Source of the DNA: a virus
Taxonomy: Duplodnaviria; Heunggongvirae; Uroviricota; Caudoviricetes; Straboviridae
Reading direction: 5' to 3' (one strand)
IMG/VR virus record: IMGVR_UViG_638275431_000001
Span: 19,196-83,195 of that record
Length of the DNA: 64,000 nucleotides
The position numbers and the translations under genes are program-made. Shown here piece by piece: positions 10,026 through 19,630 of the stretch. Positions within the stretch are counted from its first letter, which is position 1, and every line of letters begins with the position of its first letter. The notes beneath the pieces were generated by a model. The model did no database searches. It was not told the DNA's origin and saw only the letters and a list, made by a program, of their open reading frames with translations.

Positions 10026-10370
10026 TTAACTATTCACACTAGCATTAAAGGCTTTAGCCATGTCAACAATTTGTTGACGACTAGTTTCAAACATAGTGGT
10101 CATTGCAGAATGAGGAAGTTGCTTTTGCTTGTAAAGGGTACGAAGTTTACTGATAGCGTATGCATACTGTTCTTTATTATTTGCGAATAAAGCTCGTTCA
10201 GCGTGTTTCTTCAGCCGCTTAATTTCTCTCCCGTGCGTTTTAAGATGCTTTGCGGCTTTTTTCTCAGCTTGTTTTTCAAGCTGTTCTTGTAAATCCACGA
10301 GATTTTGGTCATAAACTTCACTCAGAGCTTCTGCACCAGTGCTAAGGTCAACATCGTAATCAGGCGACAT
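10026..10370 (-). CDS. Hypothetical basic/coiled-coil protein (114 aa)
   Basis: ORF with no recognised motif. Confidence 0.4.
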   Translation of the reverse strand: MSPDYDVDLSTGAEALSEVYDQNLVDLQEQLEKQAEKKAAKHLKTHGREIKRLKKHAERALFANNKEQYAYAISKLRTLYKQKQLPHSAMTTMFETSRQQIVDMAKAFNASVNS

Positions 10371-10647
10371 ATGAAATCTCCATTGTCATTGTGTCTACAT
10401 CAATATGCCAATCGAGTTGGCCAGTTTCTACTTCGAACGGCTGCCATGAAATGTTGGCAGGATTTAAAACTACAGGAATATTATAATCCAATAATTGAAG
10501 TTTTACGAAATACGCTAATAATTCTATTTCTCCGCATGTTGAATCAATGATGGGTAAAAGATTAATCTTCAGGGTCGTCTTCATAGAATGAATCCAAATT
10601 AGGAACATCCTCTTTATCTTTCTTTTTAGATTTAAGGGATGATTCAT
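10360..10647 (-). CDS. Hypothetical small protein; probably begins at an internal ATG near 10584 and overlaps the gene 55 3' end
   Basis: ORF only. Confidence 0.25.
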   Translation of the reverse strand: MNHPLNLKRKIKRMFLIWIHSMKTTLKINLLPIIDSTCGEIELLAYFVKLQLLDYNIPVVLNPANISWQPFEVETGQLDWHIDVDTMTMEISYVA

Positions 10648-11080
10648 AGGCTACTAGTTTGCCATGGATGTCTTGGATGAAATTCTCATCAACCAATCGT
10701 GACATATCATCATCATGTTCGTCATACACGTTTGTCAAAAAATAGCGATATTTGATTGCCATTTCGTGTTTTTCGTACTTGATGCGTCCAATAAAGGCAC
10801 GGTAACAAGCCTGTGTGATATAAGCATGAGGGTTTTTGTAATTATCTTCATCGAAATTTATCAAACCCTTTACAACAGCTTCGACTGCATCAGATATCAT
10901 TCCGTCTTTCCAATTTTGCGTATATCCAGCAAATTTGTAATATCCGGTAAAACCTTTGGCAATCTTCATAATGTCTATACCAATTGCATCTGGCATCTTG
11001 ATGTGATGTCCTGCATCACGCATATCTTGTTTCCATTTGCAAATATTCTGGTATAGAACTTCATTGTCAACATATTTCAT
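10562..11080 (-). CDS. 55: Late-transcription sigma factor gp55
   Basis: FTGYYKFAGYTQNWKDGMISDAVEA..KGLINFDEDNYKNPHAYITQACYRAF matches T4 gp55 closely. Confidence 0.9.
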   Translation of the reverse strand: MKYVDNEVLYQNICKWKQDMRDAGHHIKMPDAIGIDIMKIAKGFTGYYKFAGYTQNWKDGMISDAVEAVVKGLINFDEDNYKNPHAYITQACYRAFIGRIKYEKHEMAIKYRYFLTNVYDEHDDDMSRLVDENFIQDIHGKLVAYESSLKSKKKDKEDVPNLDSFYEDDPED

Positions 11081-11140
11081 AGGGCAATTCCTCCTATGAT
11101 TGATTATATCATACTAATAAGCTTGCTAAACTTATTTAAC

Positions 11141-11240
11141 TTTACTGCCTGCAGGTTTTGGCCCTGCCAAAACTTATCCTTTATGGCTTAATAGATATTA
11201 TAACTAAAAGGATAAAAAGATAAGTTCAAGCAAGCTTGAA
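11141..11240. repeat. Composite repeat, copy A: 14-bp inverted arms (aacttatcctttat / ataaaaagataagtt) around a 27-bp AT-rich core containing atattataa, followed by the palindrome TTCAAGCaaGCTTGAA. The second copy is at 51090..51200 with the core inverted
   Basis: Direct comparison of the two intergenic regions. The flanks are direct repeats; the core of B equals the reverse complement of the core of A over ~53 nt. Confidence 0.7.
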
Positions 11241-11365
11241 CCTGGAGCCAGGATTTCTATAATCAACCAGGTTTAAACAAGGTCATTAGACTAATAACCT
11301 ATCATCAAAAATTCCAGATAACCCCAGGGTGATCCCTGTGTTATCATGCGCATACAACAAAGGCC

Positions 11366-12805
11366 TCATGTAGAGGCCTTCTTTTTGGCTTTTTCACGTG
11401 TTTTGATTATCCAGTCCTGGACAATTTCCTGGTCTTCCGCAGAATTGATATCGAGTATTCGCCCAAGTTTTCTCAGCAGATACTTGTATTTGAACCTTTC
11501 TTTCTCGGTCATTTGGTATAGCGCTTGATACGACTCTCGATTTCTTTTTACCTGTTTGTGATTTTCGACTGAATTACCATCACATATCTCAGCGTGCGGC
11601 AAATATCTCAACATGTATTGAGCTAATTTCATATCAGGAACATACAGATTGATGGGTTTTAGCGAATGTTCATTTCGGATATCACATCTTGCGCAAAGTT
11701 GAAATGCGGGTTCAAGATACTTTGAAACTATGTACGCGTCAACCATTGCACTTTCATCTAAGCCTACCGACTTTGCGAGTTCTTTCAAAATCGGAACTTG
11801 CCAAGGTGCCGGATTATACGAAAACATCACAACCACATTAGTATAATCCGAATAGTTGTTTAGACCATGCGGGTTATAAGGAACTTCCGTCCCCTTTGGC
11901 ATTCTTGGCCGATAAGAGTTTCGAGTGTAAATGAAATCGCCATTTACGATTGTATCGAGAGTATTTTCGATGCGAGTGTAATTCGAAATCCCATCTACTT
12001 CCTTGTCGGCTTTGTAACGAGACCAATCATCATCAAACATTACATGAATTTTTACACGAGCAGTTTTAGGATAAACTCGGAAAGCCAACCGCCCAACTAG
12101 CGGAGACTCTTCAAATTCCCATCCGTTAAAATGCTTCATAATCATGCCAGTAAAAGTCTGCTCGAAATTTGCAGAACAGACAGTTATTGACTTGAATTTT
12201 GCCCAATCATCATTTGACGCATCATTCACGTAATAACATTGCGTCACACCTCCCTCTACCGACAGCCTGACAGGGACACCTGTCAGCAGTGCTTTATACA
12301 ATGGAAAAAGTGTTGAATAAATGTCATCGTTTCCTCTAAAGCCATCTATTGCCATTTTTTGGACCGATTTTCGATGTTCATCACGTAACTCTAGTAGTCC
12401 AGTTTCATCTATTTTGCACAATTCGAGTATATGGCTTTCAACTGATGTTGTGAAAGTAAATCGTTCGAAGCTTGTTAATTCTGGAACCTCATCGATATAA
12501 AGATAAAATCTTTTTACAGCATCAATATCTCGAAGGCCCATTAAAGCCGCGTGCGTTATAAAAATCACATCAAATTCTTCGGATGCTTTGATAACTGCTT
12601 CGTGTACCGACTTTTGGCCTTGGCGGTTATCGGTGTCAACTAACTCGCCTTCTCCGCCCAGGCCGACATAGTATTCGAAAGATTGTTTCGATAATTGTCT
12701 AGATATGCTGGCTATAATTGCCTTTTCATTATTTTCAACAATATGGTTTAGAATAGCTGCAGTTTTTCCTGCAGCTGGTATAGCGGAGAGAGTGTAAAGT
12801 TTCAC
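11366..12805 (-). CDS. P-loop NTPase of unknown family (479 aa); Walker A AIPAAGKT, Walker B LYIDEV
   Basis: Motifs seen; no confident family assignment. Its stop overlaps the start of the next ORF. Confidence 0.5.
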   Translation of the reverse strand: MKLYTLSAIPAAGKTAAILNHIVENNEKAIIASISRQLSKQSFEYYVGLGGEGELVDTDNRQGQKSVHEAVIKASEEFDVIFITHAALMGLRDIDAVKRFYLYIDEVPELTSFERFTFTTSVESHILELCKIDETGLLELRDEHRKSVQKMAIDGFRGNDDIYSTLFPLYKALLTGVPVRLSVEGGVTQCYYVNDASNDDWAKFKSITVCSANFEQTFTGMIMKHFNGWEFEESPLVGRLAFRVYPKTARVKIHVMFDDDWSRYKADKEVDGISNYTRIENTLDTIVNGDFIYTRNSYRPRMPKGTEVPYNPHGLNNYSDYTNVVVMFSYNPAPWQVPILKELAKSVGLDESAMVDAYIVSKYLEPAFQLCARCDIRNEHSLKPINLYVPDMKLAQYMLRYLPHAEICDGNSVENHKQVKRNRESYQALYQMTEKERFKYKYLLRKLGRILDINSAEDQEIVQDWIIKTREKAKKKAST

Positions 12806-13377
12806 AGATCCAAAAATTCCTTAAGCCGCTCAATGTCAAACTGATTGTAAAGATTATAACACTCCACACCATGACGCATTGCAAGCTGCCAAGCAGTATT
12901 TGTTCCTCCAGAAACTCCGTTATCCGTTGGAACCGAATAACACACCAAGAATTCTGAAGGTGTTTTCAGATTATAACCCAGAACTTGATACACATTTCGA
13001 GTATGAAGTGCAAGAGCACCACCAGTCAATTTACCTCCTTTGGCGTAAATTGGGTGGACCGTTTTCATGATTTGCTCGGCGTCCCATTTATTGGCGTCTG
13101 GTAAAATGAGGTCGTGACGAGTGTGTTTTGGTTTGAACCGGCCGTTAAACCGTGCCCATGGAACATAAACATCAAACTCTACCGGGCTGTCGATATCCAA
13201 ACTGTCGGCAACTGCTAGAAAACCTTCTTCAAAAGCAGTATCCGCACCATCAGCACCGCCTGAACGTCCGGTATATCCTCGAACAGCAGCAACAGCTGCA
13301 ATATCCTTCATCAAACGACAAATATGATCGGGAGTCTCACGACTCCCGATTCCAGTGTAATAACCCTTGAAATTCAT
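12802..13377 (-). CDS. DprA/Smf-like (SLOG superfamily) Rossmann-fold protein
   Basis: YTGIGSRETP...RGYTGRSGGADGADTAFEEGFLA resembles the DprA Rossmann signature G.GSR ... SG.A.G.D..AH. Confidence 0.45.
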   Translation of the reverse strand: MNFKGYYTGIGSRETPDHICRLMKDIAAVAAVRGYTGRSGGADGADTAFEEGFLAVADSLDIDSPVEFDVYVPWARFNGRFKPKHTRHDLILPDANKWDAEQIMKTVHPIYAKGGKLTGGALALHTRNVYQVLGYNLKTPSEFLVCYSVPTDNGVSGGTNTAWQLAMRHGVECYNLYNQFDIERLKEFLDL

Positions 13378-13444
13378 TTTTAATTATTCCACATAGATAA
13401 ATTTTTGCTAACAGCTTTCTCGACCTGACGGCTATAAATTCTCA

Positions 13445-13699
13445 TTATACAACTCCAACAACATGTGCACCCGCCGGCACTTTAACGGTATTCAGAATGT
13501 AATGAGCATATCGGTGAACTTCATTGTACAATTCGGGGTCATAGCCGTCAGCATGGAAAATGATATCAGCACCAGAAGTAGTGCGTAAAATATGCATTTC
13601 GCAACCACCCGGAGAAACGCGGTCGATATTTTTCAAATCCATAATATAGCGATCAATCGGACCAGCGTGACGGCTTGAAACAATAATTTTGAATTCCAT
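13445..13699 (-). CDS. Hypothetical protein (84 aa; MEFKIIVSS...). The 169-aa ORF reported by the ORF finder is probably an over-extension
   Basis: RBS AGGAA 8 nt before the internal ATG; the long form overlaps the next gene by 190 nt. Confidence 0.35.
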   Translation of the reverse strand: MEFKIIVSSRHAGPIDRYIMDLKNIDRVSPGGCEMHILRTTSGADIIFHADGYDPELYNEVHRYAHYILNTVKVPAGAHVVGVV

Positions 13700-13763
13700 T
13701 GTGATATTCCTCTTTCGGAAGACAGCGAAAGCCTTCAGATACTTTATTTGGGGGCTAAGAAAA

Positions 13764-14102
13764 TTATCGCTTGCTGCCGTACATTTCTTGGCGGATTTTA
13801 CGAGCTTTTCCTTGATATTTCTTGTACGCGTCTTCGGCGACTTGCTTGTAACCTGCGTGTGTAGGAGTGTGGCCGAGCGGTTGAGTGCCGAATTCATCCG
13901 CGATATATTGCACGATAACGCTGCGAATCGCTCGGCGTCCAATTCCAGTAACACCCGCTTCCATCATAGCATCCCATACTGTGTTTTCAACTTTGTCGAT
14001 CATTTGTTCGGTGATTTCACGACCAAGAATATTATCAGTGGTGAATTCGGCGGCAGCGGTGTGTACGGCGAAGTTACGAACAGCAATGAATGCATTAGAC
14101 AT
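13764..14102 (-). CDS. Hypothetical protein (112 aa)
   Basis: ORF only. Confidence 0.35.
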   Translation of the reverse strand: MSNAFIAVRNFAVHTAAAEFTTDNILGREITEQMIDKVENTVWDAMMEAGVTGIGRRAIRSVIVQYIADEFGTQPLGHTPTHAGYKQVAEDAYKKYQGKARKIRQEMYGSKR

Positions 14103-14185
14103 ATTTGAATTCCTCTCTAAAATTTGATTGCTTGTTTCAACTATATTATCTTATCACCGTAAGAATACCTTGTACACTACTTTTA

Positions 14186-14210
14186 TAAAAAAGGCCTCCG
14201 AAGAGGCCTA
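14186..14210 (-). terminator. Rho-independent terminator (aggcctccgaagaggcct plus U-run) after nrdC
   Basis: Hairpin and T-run seen in the sequence. Confidence 0.6.
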
Positions 14211-14483
14211 TGAATCCAGATAATCCAGGAGAGCTTTGGCACCACCAATGTATATCCCATTAACAAAAACCTTGGGAAGCTCCAGGGAACCTTTGGGTTG
14301 ACCTATACGACGCCTGAGCTCATCGATAACGTCTCGTTTGTACTCAAACCCGAGATCAGTTTTAGCATCCTGCAAAACGGTTTTTATGGAATATTCTATG
14401 CCATCTTCTTCAAGACGATTGACAATAAAGTCGCACGCTGGGCATTTGTGCGATTCTGAAACAATTCCGTATATTTCAATCAT
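14208..14483 (-). CDS. nrdC: Glutaredoxin/thioredoxin NrdC-like (CPAC active site)
   Basis: MIEIYGIVSESHKCPACDF...PKVFVNGIYIGGAKALLDYL glutaredoxin fold signature. Confidence 0.75.
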   Translation of the reverse strand: MIEIYGIVSESHKCPACDFIVNRLEEDGIEYSIKTVLQDAKTDLGFEYKRDVIDELRRRIGQPKGSLELPKVFVNGIYIGGAKALLDYLDS

Positions 14484-14820
14484 GCCATTTCTCCGAATAG
14501 ATACAGCTCCATCGGTCTAACGTCGCTTCCGTTGGTTTGATTCTTGTTATTTCTACATCAGGTCTGTAGCCAACTTTTGCTATCCAGCTATAATTGGCTA
14601 TTCCTACTCCAGTTACGACATTGCCGCCGTCTAGCAGTACTCGATACTCCACTCGATAAGCATCGCCTGGACCATTGTATTTCTGTATTTTTTCCAAAAT
14701 ACTGCCTACATGAGTCCCATCATATTCTTTCCCAAAGAAAAGTTTAGGAGGGCGGTTTATTAACTCTTTAGCTTCTTCAAACATCATATCGGAGACTCCC
14801 AAATAAATTTGCGTTTGCAT
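14476..14820 (-). CDS. Hypothetical protein (114 aa)
   Basis: ORF only. Confidence 0.35.
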   Translation of the reverse strand: MQTQIYLGVSDMMFEEAKELINRPPKLFFGKEYDGTHVGSILEKIQKYNGPGDAYRVEYRVLLDGGNVVTGVGIANYSWIAKVGYRPDVEITRIKPTEATLDRWSCIYSEKWHD

Positions 14821-15155
14821 TTACGGCATCGCAAATCGACTACCTTATGTGTCCACGAAACTAGTTGGATTTGATCGGCATCGCAGCACGGACAACGAAA
14901 ATTTTGTTTTGCGACTTCTTTTCTGCGGTCAAGCATTACGTCATATTCATTCGACGCCAAATAATTTGAAATAGTTTTAGCGATATGATCTTCTGAAATA
15001 AGTTCCGATTTGACTCGGCCAGCTTCTTTTTCTTCTACATATGCATTTCGCAATTCCCGCATTCGGGTGTGTTTTGTCGTACGAACAGACCATTCAGCTT
15101 CGCGAATCTGCTTTTGTGCTTCAATATGCATTTCAATATCCACTACATTCTCCAA
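14784..15155 (-). CDS. Hypothetical zinc-ribbon protein (CPCC...CRKC)
   Basis: Two CxxC pairs at the C-terminus. Confidence 0.35.
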   Translation of the reverse strand: MENVVDIEMHIEAQKQIREAEWSVRTTKHTRMRELRNAYVEEKEAGRVKSELISEDHIAKTISNYLASNEYDVMLDRRKEVAKQNFRCPCCDADQIQLVSWTHKVVDLRCRKCKRKFIWESPI

Positions 15156-15342
15156 TTACAAAAATGCCCAGGGTCATTATAACACCTGGGCATAAACTAT
15201 TAACAGCTTCTATTCGTCTGTTTTAGGATTTTCGGATTCATCCTCTTTTTCCGGTTCTGGTGCCGGGATGTCAGTTCTGACGAACTTTTGTTGGACTATG
15301 TATCCTTCCACGGTATACCTCCTCCTATGTGAAAATCCATAT

Positions 15343-16248
15343 TTATTTACTGTGAATTTTCAGGAGATGCTGGTTTCGTTTGAACAATTCGTCGTATGAG
15401 TCACCTGCTCTGACTTGATCGGCGTAAATTTTCACAACGTCACAATAATTTTCCCATGCAAATTCACGGAACCAGCCAGATGTAATAGAAGTGCATACTT
15501 TCTCAAGGGCCATTTGAAAAGCTTTATAGGGTTGAACTTTTCCTGGGAAAGGAATAAGACAGCGTTCCAAAGCCAAAACACAAGATTCTTCATAGACACC
15601 CATCAACCGAATACGACGAGAGCAATTAAAGAATTTTTCTTTTGACGTCATTACTTCAGCACCATCAACCATGTATGATCGATATGCTGGAATACCATCA
15701 ACCGCCACTGCTTCGTGAATTGTGTCATGATCATAGGTGTAGATGTCGTCTTTAAAAAATGCGCCTTTGCCGACGTTAAGCTTCGGATGGCCATAATTCA
15801 GAGATTCTTGTTCACGCTTTTTGAAAATTTCCACGTGTTCAGGCCCCATGACTATACCGAATTCACGCAATTCGTGAATGTGCATCATGGTTTTGATGAA
15901 ATTGCGAGTGTTCTTTTTGAACCGATGAGCCATTTTCACGGCAAGAAGAATTTCAGGGGTGGCGTATACATCTTTACCAGGCACAACATCCATAAGTTTG
16001 TAAATCATCTCATCAGACGAGCCAGGCTGAACAATATATGCTTCGTGATAACAGCATCGAGATTTACCATCACCAACGACGAAAGCTCGAACATTCGGGC
16101 TTTTTACTGCAATAGTCCGGCCTTGCATTCTGGCTTGATATTCGTTCCATTCTTCTTCGTATGCAATGAAGTCATGGTCCATATTTACTGTAGGAGCAAC
16201 AAACGGAATTAGCCTAGCTTGAAAAGCACGAGAGCCAACAATAATCAT
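15343..16248 (-). CDS. Hypothetical protein (301 aa)
   Basis: ORF only; no radical-SAM CxxxCxxC motif, so it is not NrdG. Confidence 0.4.
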   Translation of the reverse strand: MIIVGSRAFQARLIPFVAPTVNMDHDFIAYEEEWNEYQARMQGRTIAVKSPNVRAFVVGDGKSRCCYHEAYIVQPGSSDEMIYKLMDVVPGKDVYATPEILLAVKMAHRFKKNTRNFIKTMMHIHELREFGIVMGPEHVEIFKKREQESLNYGHPKLNVGKGAFFKDDIYTYDHDTIHEAVAVDGIPAYRSYMVDGAEVMTSKEKFFNCSRRIRLMGVYEESCVLALERCLIPFPGKVQPYKAFQMALEKVCTSITSGWFREFAWENYCDVVKIYADQVRAGDSYDELFKRNQHLLKIHSK

Positions 16249-16287
16249 AACAAAATCCTCAAATTAGGGCTCCGAAGAGCCCTTTGA

Positions 16288-16521
16288 CTAGCAATTACTT
16301 TCCATCCAAACGGAGCCATCCGAGTTGACACCGAATGCTTCAGAACCTTCACCATAACAACTGCTTGACAGCCAGTCACTGAAATCAACTTCGTTACCAT
16401 TGATTTCCATGCCATAATCATGTTCTGTTGCCAGCGCTTCAACTTCAACAAGAAGTTTTTGAAGTTGAACTGCCTTTTCTACCAATTCATTAGAACGAGC
16501 CATTTCTTTTCTCCTTAACAC
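16288..16521 (-). CDS. Hypothetical small acidic protein; C-terminus DWLSSSCYGEG...WMESNC is paralogous to the next ORF
   Basis: Shared C-terminal motif with ORF 16515..16826. Confidence 0.35.
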   Translation of the reverse strand: MLRRKEMARSNELVEKAVQLQKLLVEVEALATEHDYGMEINGNEVDFSDWLSSSCYGEGSEAFGVNSDGSVWMESNC

Positions 16522-16826
16522 ATATCAGAGGAACTGAGCCAGTAGCCATTCTCGGTTCCTTGGCCATACTCTTCAGCGCTGCTTTCTGTCCAAAAGTCGT
16601 GACCTTTAGGATAATAGGTACGGCCATATCCATAATCACCAGTCGAGAAGGAAATGCAGAATCGATCAGCAACAGCTTGAGCGATTGATTCAAATTCCTC
16701 AGACATAGAATTCAGTTTGTGGATTGCTTGTTGAGCTTCGGCTTTATCCATTGGGGTTTCCAGGATGGACTTAATATCCTGGAATTTCTTTTCAAAGGTT
16801 TCAATACTTTGCTTAATATCAGACAT
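16515..16826 (-). CDS. Hypothetical small acidic protein (starts MSDIKQS with RBS GAGG); C-terminus GYWLSSSDMC
   Basis: Paralog of ORF 16288..16521. Confidence 0.35.
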   Translation of the reverse strand: MSDIKQSIETFEKKFQDIKSILETPMDKAEAQQAIHKLNSMSEEFESIAQAVADRFCISFSTGDYGYGRTYYPKGHDFWTESSAEEYGQGTENGYWLSSSDMC

Positions 16827-16906
16827 AATAACCTCATTTGGACTGTTTAGTTTGTGCAGATGTATATTAACACACATCTGCACAAATGTAAACAAGTTTT
16901 TAAAAA

Positions 16907-18733
16907 TTATTTCACATGCTTGACACGCGATGAAACCTCGGCTTGTTTGCCTTTATTGAATCCTCTCGCTAGTGGAGCACCGAGATACCCACAAACTCTT
17001 CGGATAACTGACATCTTTGCTGAGTCGTGGTTACCACAGCTCGGGCAACTAAATCCTTTCGAGGTGCATTTGAATTCACCGTCAAAACCGCATTCATAAC
17101 ATTTATCAACAGGTGTGTTTGTTCCAAAATAGGAAAGATTTTCCATCGCGTAATCCCAAATTTGCTCAAGGGCCTCGAGATTGTTTCGCATATTGGGTAG
17201 TTCGACATAGCTGATATGCCCACCTGATGCAATCCAATGGAATTCTTTTTCGGCATCTATTTTGTCATACGGGTTCAACTCGGCATCAACAGGAATATGG
17301 AAGCTATTCGTATACCAATCCTTGTCCGTAATTCCTTCGATAACGCCATATTTCTTGCGATCCAACTGGCAGAATCTGTCGCACAGCGATTCGGACGGAG
17401 TAGAATAAAGGCTAAAGTTCCATCCGGTGTTGAGTTTTGCTTTTGCGCATGAAAAATCGAGATATTTTGCAATCGAAAGCGCAAAATTGCGCGCTTCTAG
17501 ATCACTGGCTGTCGATTTGCCAGTCATAATCAGAGCAGCTTCATAAAGGCCAATATAACCAATTGAAATCGAAGCTCGTTCTTTCAAATGCGACAAAAAC
17601 TCTTCTTCTGGATTAAGATATAGACCAAAGGCCCCTTCAGTGTAGAGAATTGGGGCGGCTTTTGCCTTAGCACCTTCTAGGTGTTTAATTCGTTCAAGAG
17701 ATGCTTCAACTGACAATTCAAAACGTTCTTGCAGCAGTTTAAAGAATGATTCTTGTGATCCGTTTGCTTCGATAGCAATCCGGGGAATATTGACAGAGAC
17801 AACACCTAAATTGTTTCTGCCATCTAGTTCGCCAGACTTTATACCAGCCAAGAAAGACCGGCAACCCATTGGACTAACAGGAGTCTTACTACCAGTGATG
17901 GATCGGTTGTTTTTCGCACTGATAATGTCAGGGTACATTCGCTTGGCTGAACATTCCAGAGCAAGGTGTTTAATTTCATAGTTTGGATCTCCAGGATTTA
18001 AGTTTATACCGGCTTCCATGAACATAACGAGTTTTGGAAATACTGGTGTGATGCCATTCTTTCCAAGACCCTTGATTCGTACTTTCAAAATAGCTTTTTG
18101 AATTTCTTTTTCGAACCAGTTAGTTCCCATCCCAAATGTAATTGTCACGAACGGGGTTTGGCCATTTGTGGTAAACATCGTGTTGACTTCATATTCGAAA
18201 GCTTGCATACCGTCATAGATTTCTTTAGCAGTCATCTCGTACGCATATTTTTCAATTTTCTCGTTGTCGCTGATGAAACTACAGCCGACAGAAAAATGCT
18301 TATTCCACGACATTATGGCGTATGGCGCAAGGACTTGATCAACGTTGGCAAGAGTAGTCCCGCCGTATTGGTGGGAAGAAACCTGCGCAGTAATTTGAGC
18401 CATAATGGCTGAAGCTACACCAAAGGATTTAGGCTCTTCAATTTGGGCATCACCCATTTTGAAGCCATTTTTGAACATTTCTTTGAGATTAACCAAGCAA
18501 CAATTTGTCATTGGAAGAGTAAAAGCATAATCTAGATCGTGAATATGAATATCTCCACTATCATGTGCTTCGATTAAATGAGATGGCAGAATGCTTTTAG
18601 CGTAATCCTTTGAGGAGATAGATGCCATCATATCTCGCATAGTCGGGATAACGTCAGCGTTTTTATTCGCATTTTCGTGATGCAGGCCAGATTGGCCTTC
18701 TACTAATTGCTTTACAAGTGATCGGGTAGTCAT
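16907..18733 (-). CDS. nrdD: Anaerobic ribonucleoside-triphosphate reductase NrdD
   Basis: C-terminal glycyl-radical motif RVCGYLG; 608 aa, similar in size to T4 NrdD. Confidence 0.9.
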   Translation of the reverse strand: MTTRSLVKQLVEGQSGLHHENANKNADVIPTMRDMMASISSKDYAKSILPSHLIEAHDSGDIHIHDLDYAFTLPMTNCCLVNLKEMFKNGFKMGDAQIEEPKSFGVASAIMAQITAQVSSHQYGGTTLANVDQVLAPYAIMSWNKHFSVGCSFISDNEKIEKYAYEMTAKEIYDGMQAFEYEVNTMFTTNGQTPFVTITFGMGTNWFEKEIQKAILKVRIKGLGKNGITPVFPKLVMFMEAGINLNPGDPNYEIKHLALECSAKRMYPDIISAKNNRSITGSKTPVSPMGCRSFLAGIKSGELDGRNNLGVVSVNIPRIAIEANGSQESFFKLLQERFELSVEASLERIKHLEGAKAKAAPILYTEGAFGLYLNPEEEFLSHLKERASISIGYIGLYEAALIMTGKSTASDLEARNFALSIAKYLDFSCAKAKLNTGWNFSLYSTPSESLCDRFCQLDRKKYGVIEGITDKDWYTNSFHIPVDAELNPYDKIDAEKEFHWIASGGHISYVELPNMRNNLEALEQIWDYAMENLSYFGTNTPVDKCYECGFDGEFKCTSKGFSCPSCGNHDSAKMSVIRRVCGYLGAPLARGFNKGKQAEVSSRVKHVK

Positions 18734-19203
18734 TGAATGGCCTTCTTAAATTGCTTTCTGAATTTTTTGACTAAAACAGCTTTTTGATCTTTTTCATCAA
18801 ATTCAAATCCTCGTTCACGTAGTTCTGCCTTCATTTCACTCAAGTTTTTCCGTGAGAAATTTTTGGTCATGTCGGAAACGTAATTCGGGTGTATTGGATT
18901 TTTTGAATGATCTGAATCTACATATTCTAATAGCGATCTCATCCATTGGATGTAATCAACATCCTTTGCCTTTAATCCTGACCGTATAAACTTGTGTTTC
19001 ATTATGCCTTCAAGTAGATTGCATCTACTGCAAAGTAGACCTCGAATCTTTCCGGCATTCGGGCCTTGCAATACGTGATCGTGATCCAAATGCTGTTTAT
19101 TGTATGGACCGTCAAACTCGTTTCCACACAATTTACAACACTTATTTTGTTCTTCAAACAATTTCTGTTTTAATTCATCAGCAGACTTGGAATTTAAGAG
19201 CAT
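18730..19203 (-). CDS. 49: Endonuclease VII gp49 (Holliday-junction resolvase)
   Basis: QNKCCKLCGNEF...HLDHDHVLQGPNAGKIRGLLCSRCNLLEG...RGFEF matches T4 EndoVII. Confidence 0.9.
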   Translation of the reverse strand: MLLNSKSADELKQKLFEEQNKCCKLCGNEFDGPYNKQHLDHDHVLQGPNAGKIRGLLCSRCNLLEGIMKHKFIRSGLKAKDVDYIQWMRSLLEYVDSDHSKNPIHPNYVSDMTKNFSRKNLSEMKAELRERGFEFDEKDQKAVLVKKFRKQFKKAIQ

Positions 19204-19231
19204 AAAGATTCCTCCATATGCTCTTATTTAA

Positions 19232-19630
19232 TTACAAGGTTACGCTGTACTTCACGTTATCGTTATCGGTATATACGATTTCATAGCTGGCAAGGTTTTT
19301 TGGATATTCACCCTCATGGCGTGGCCGCCATAGTGTTTCAACACCATATTTTTCCCATATTTCTATGCTTTCTTCCTCTTCGCAGAAATAACGATAGTAG
19401 TCGGGAATGTCGGTGAAATCGTCCAGACCACCCTTACCGTTTGGGTATCGATTTTTGCATTTTTCCAGGAAAATGGCAAGACGCTCGATTTCAATAGAAG
19501 CTTCGTTTAAATTAACAGCTGGAAGTTCCCAGTGAATCGTTTTATCATCAAACTTGTCGCTGAAGTTGATGGTAACTTTAAACATATTACGTTCATCTTT
19601 TGCTTTGAATTTTCTAAACTTGAGGGTCAT
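19232..19630 (-). CDS. Hypothetical protein (132 aa)
   Basis: ORF only. Confidence 0.35.
   Translation of the reverse strand: MTLKFRKFKAKDERNMFKVTINFSDKFDDKTIHWELPAVNLNEASIEIERLAIFLEKCKNRYPNGKGGLDDFTDIPDYYRYFCEEEESIEIWEKYGVETLWRPRHEGEYPKNLASYEIVYTDNDNVKYSVTL

Noticed and set aside
13445-13954. 169-aa form of ORF 13445..13954
   Set aside because: It overlaps the 112-aa ORF 13764..14102 by 190 nt in another frame. An internal ATG with a good RBS (AGGAA) at 13699 gives a non-overlapping 84-aa gene
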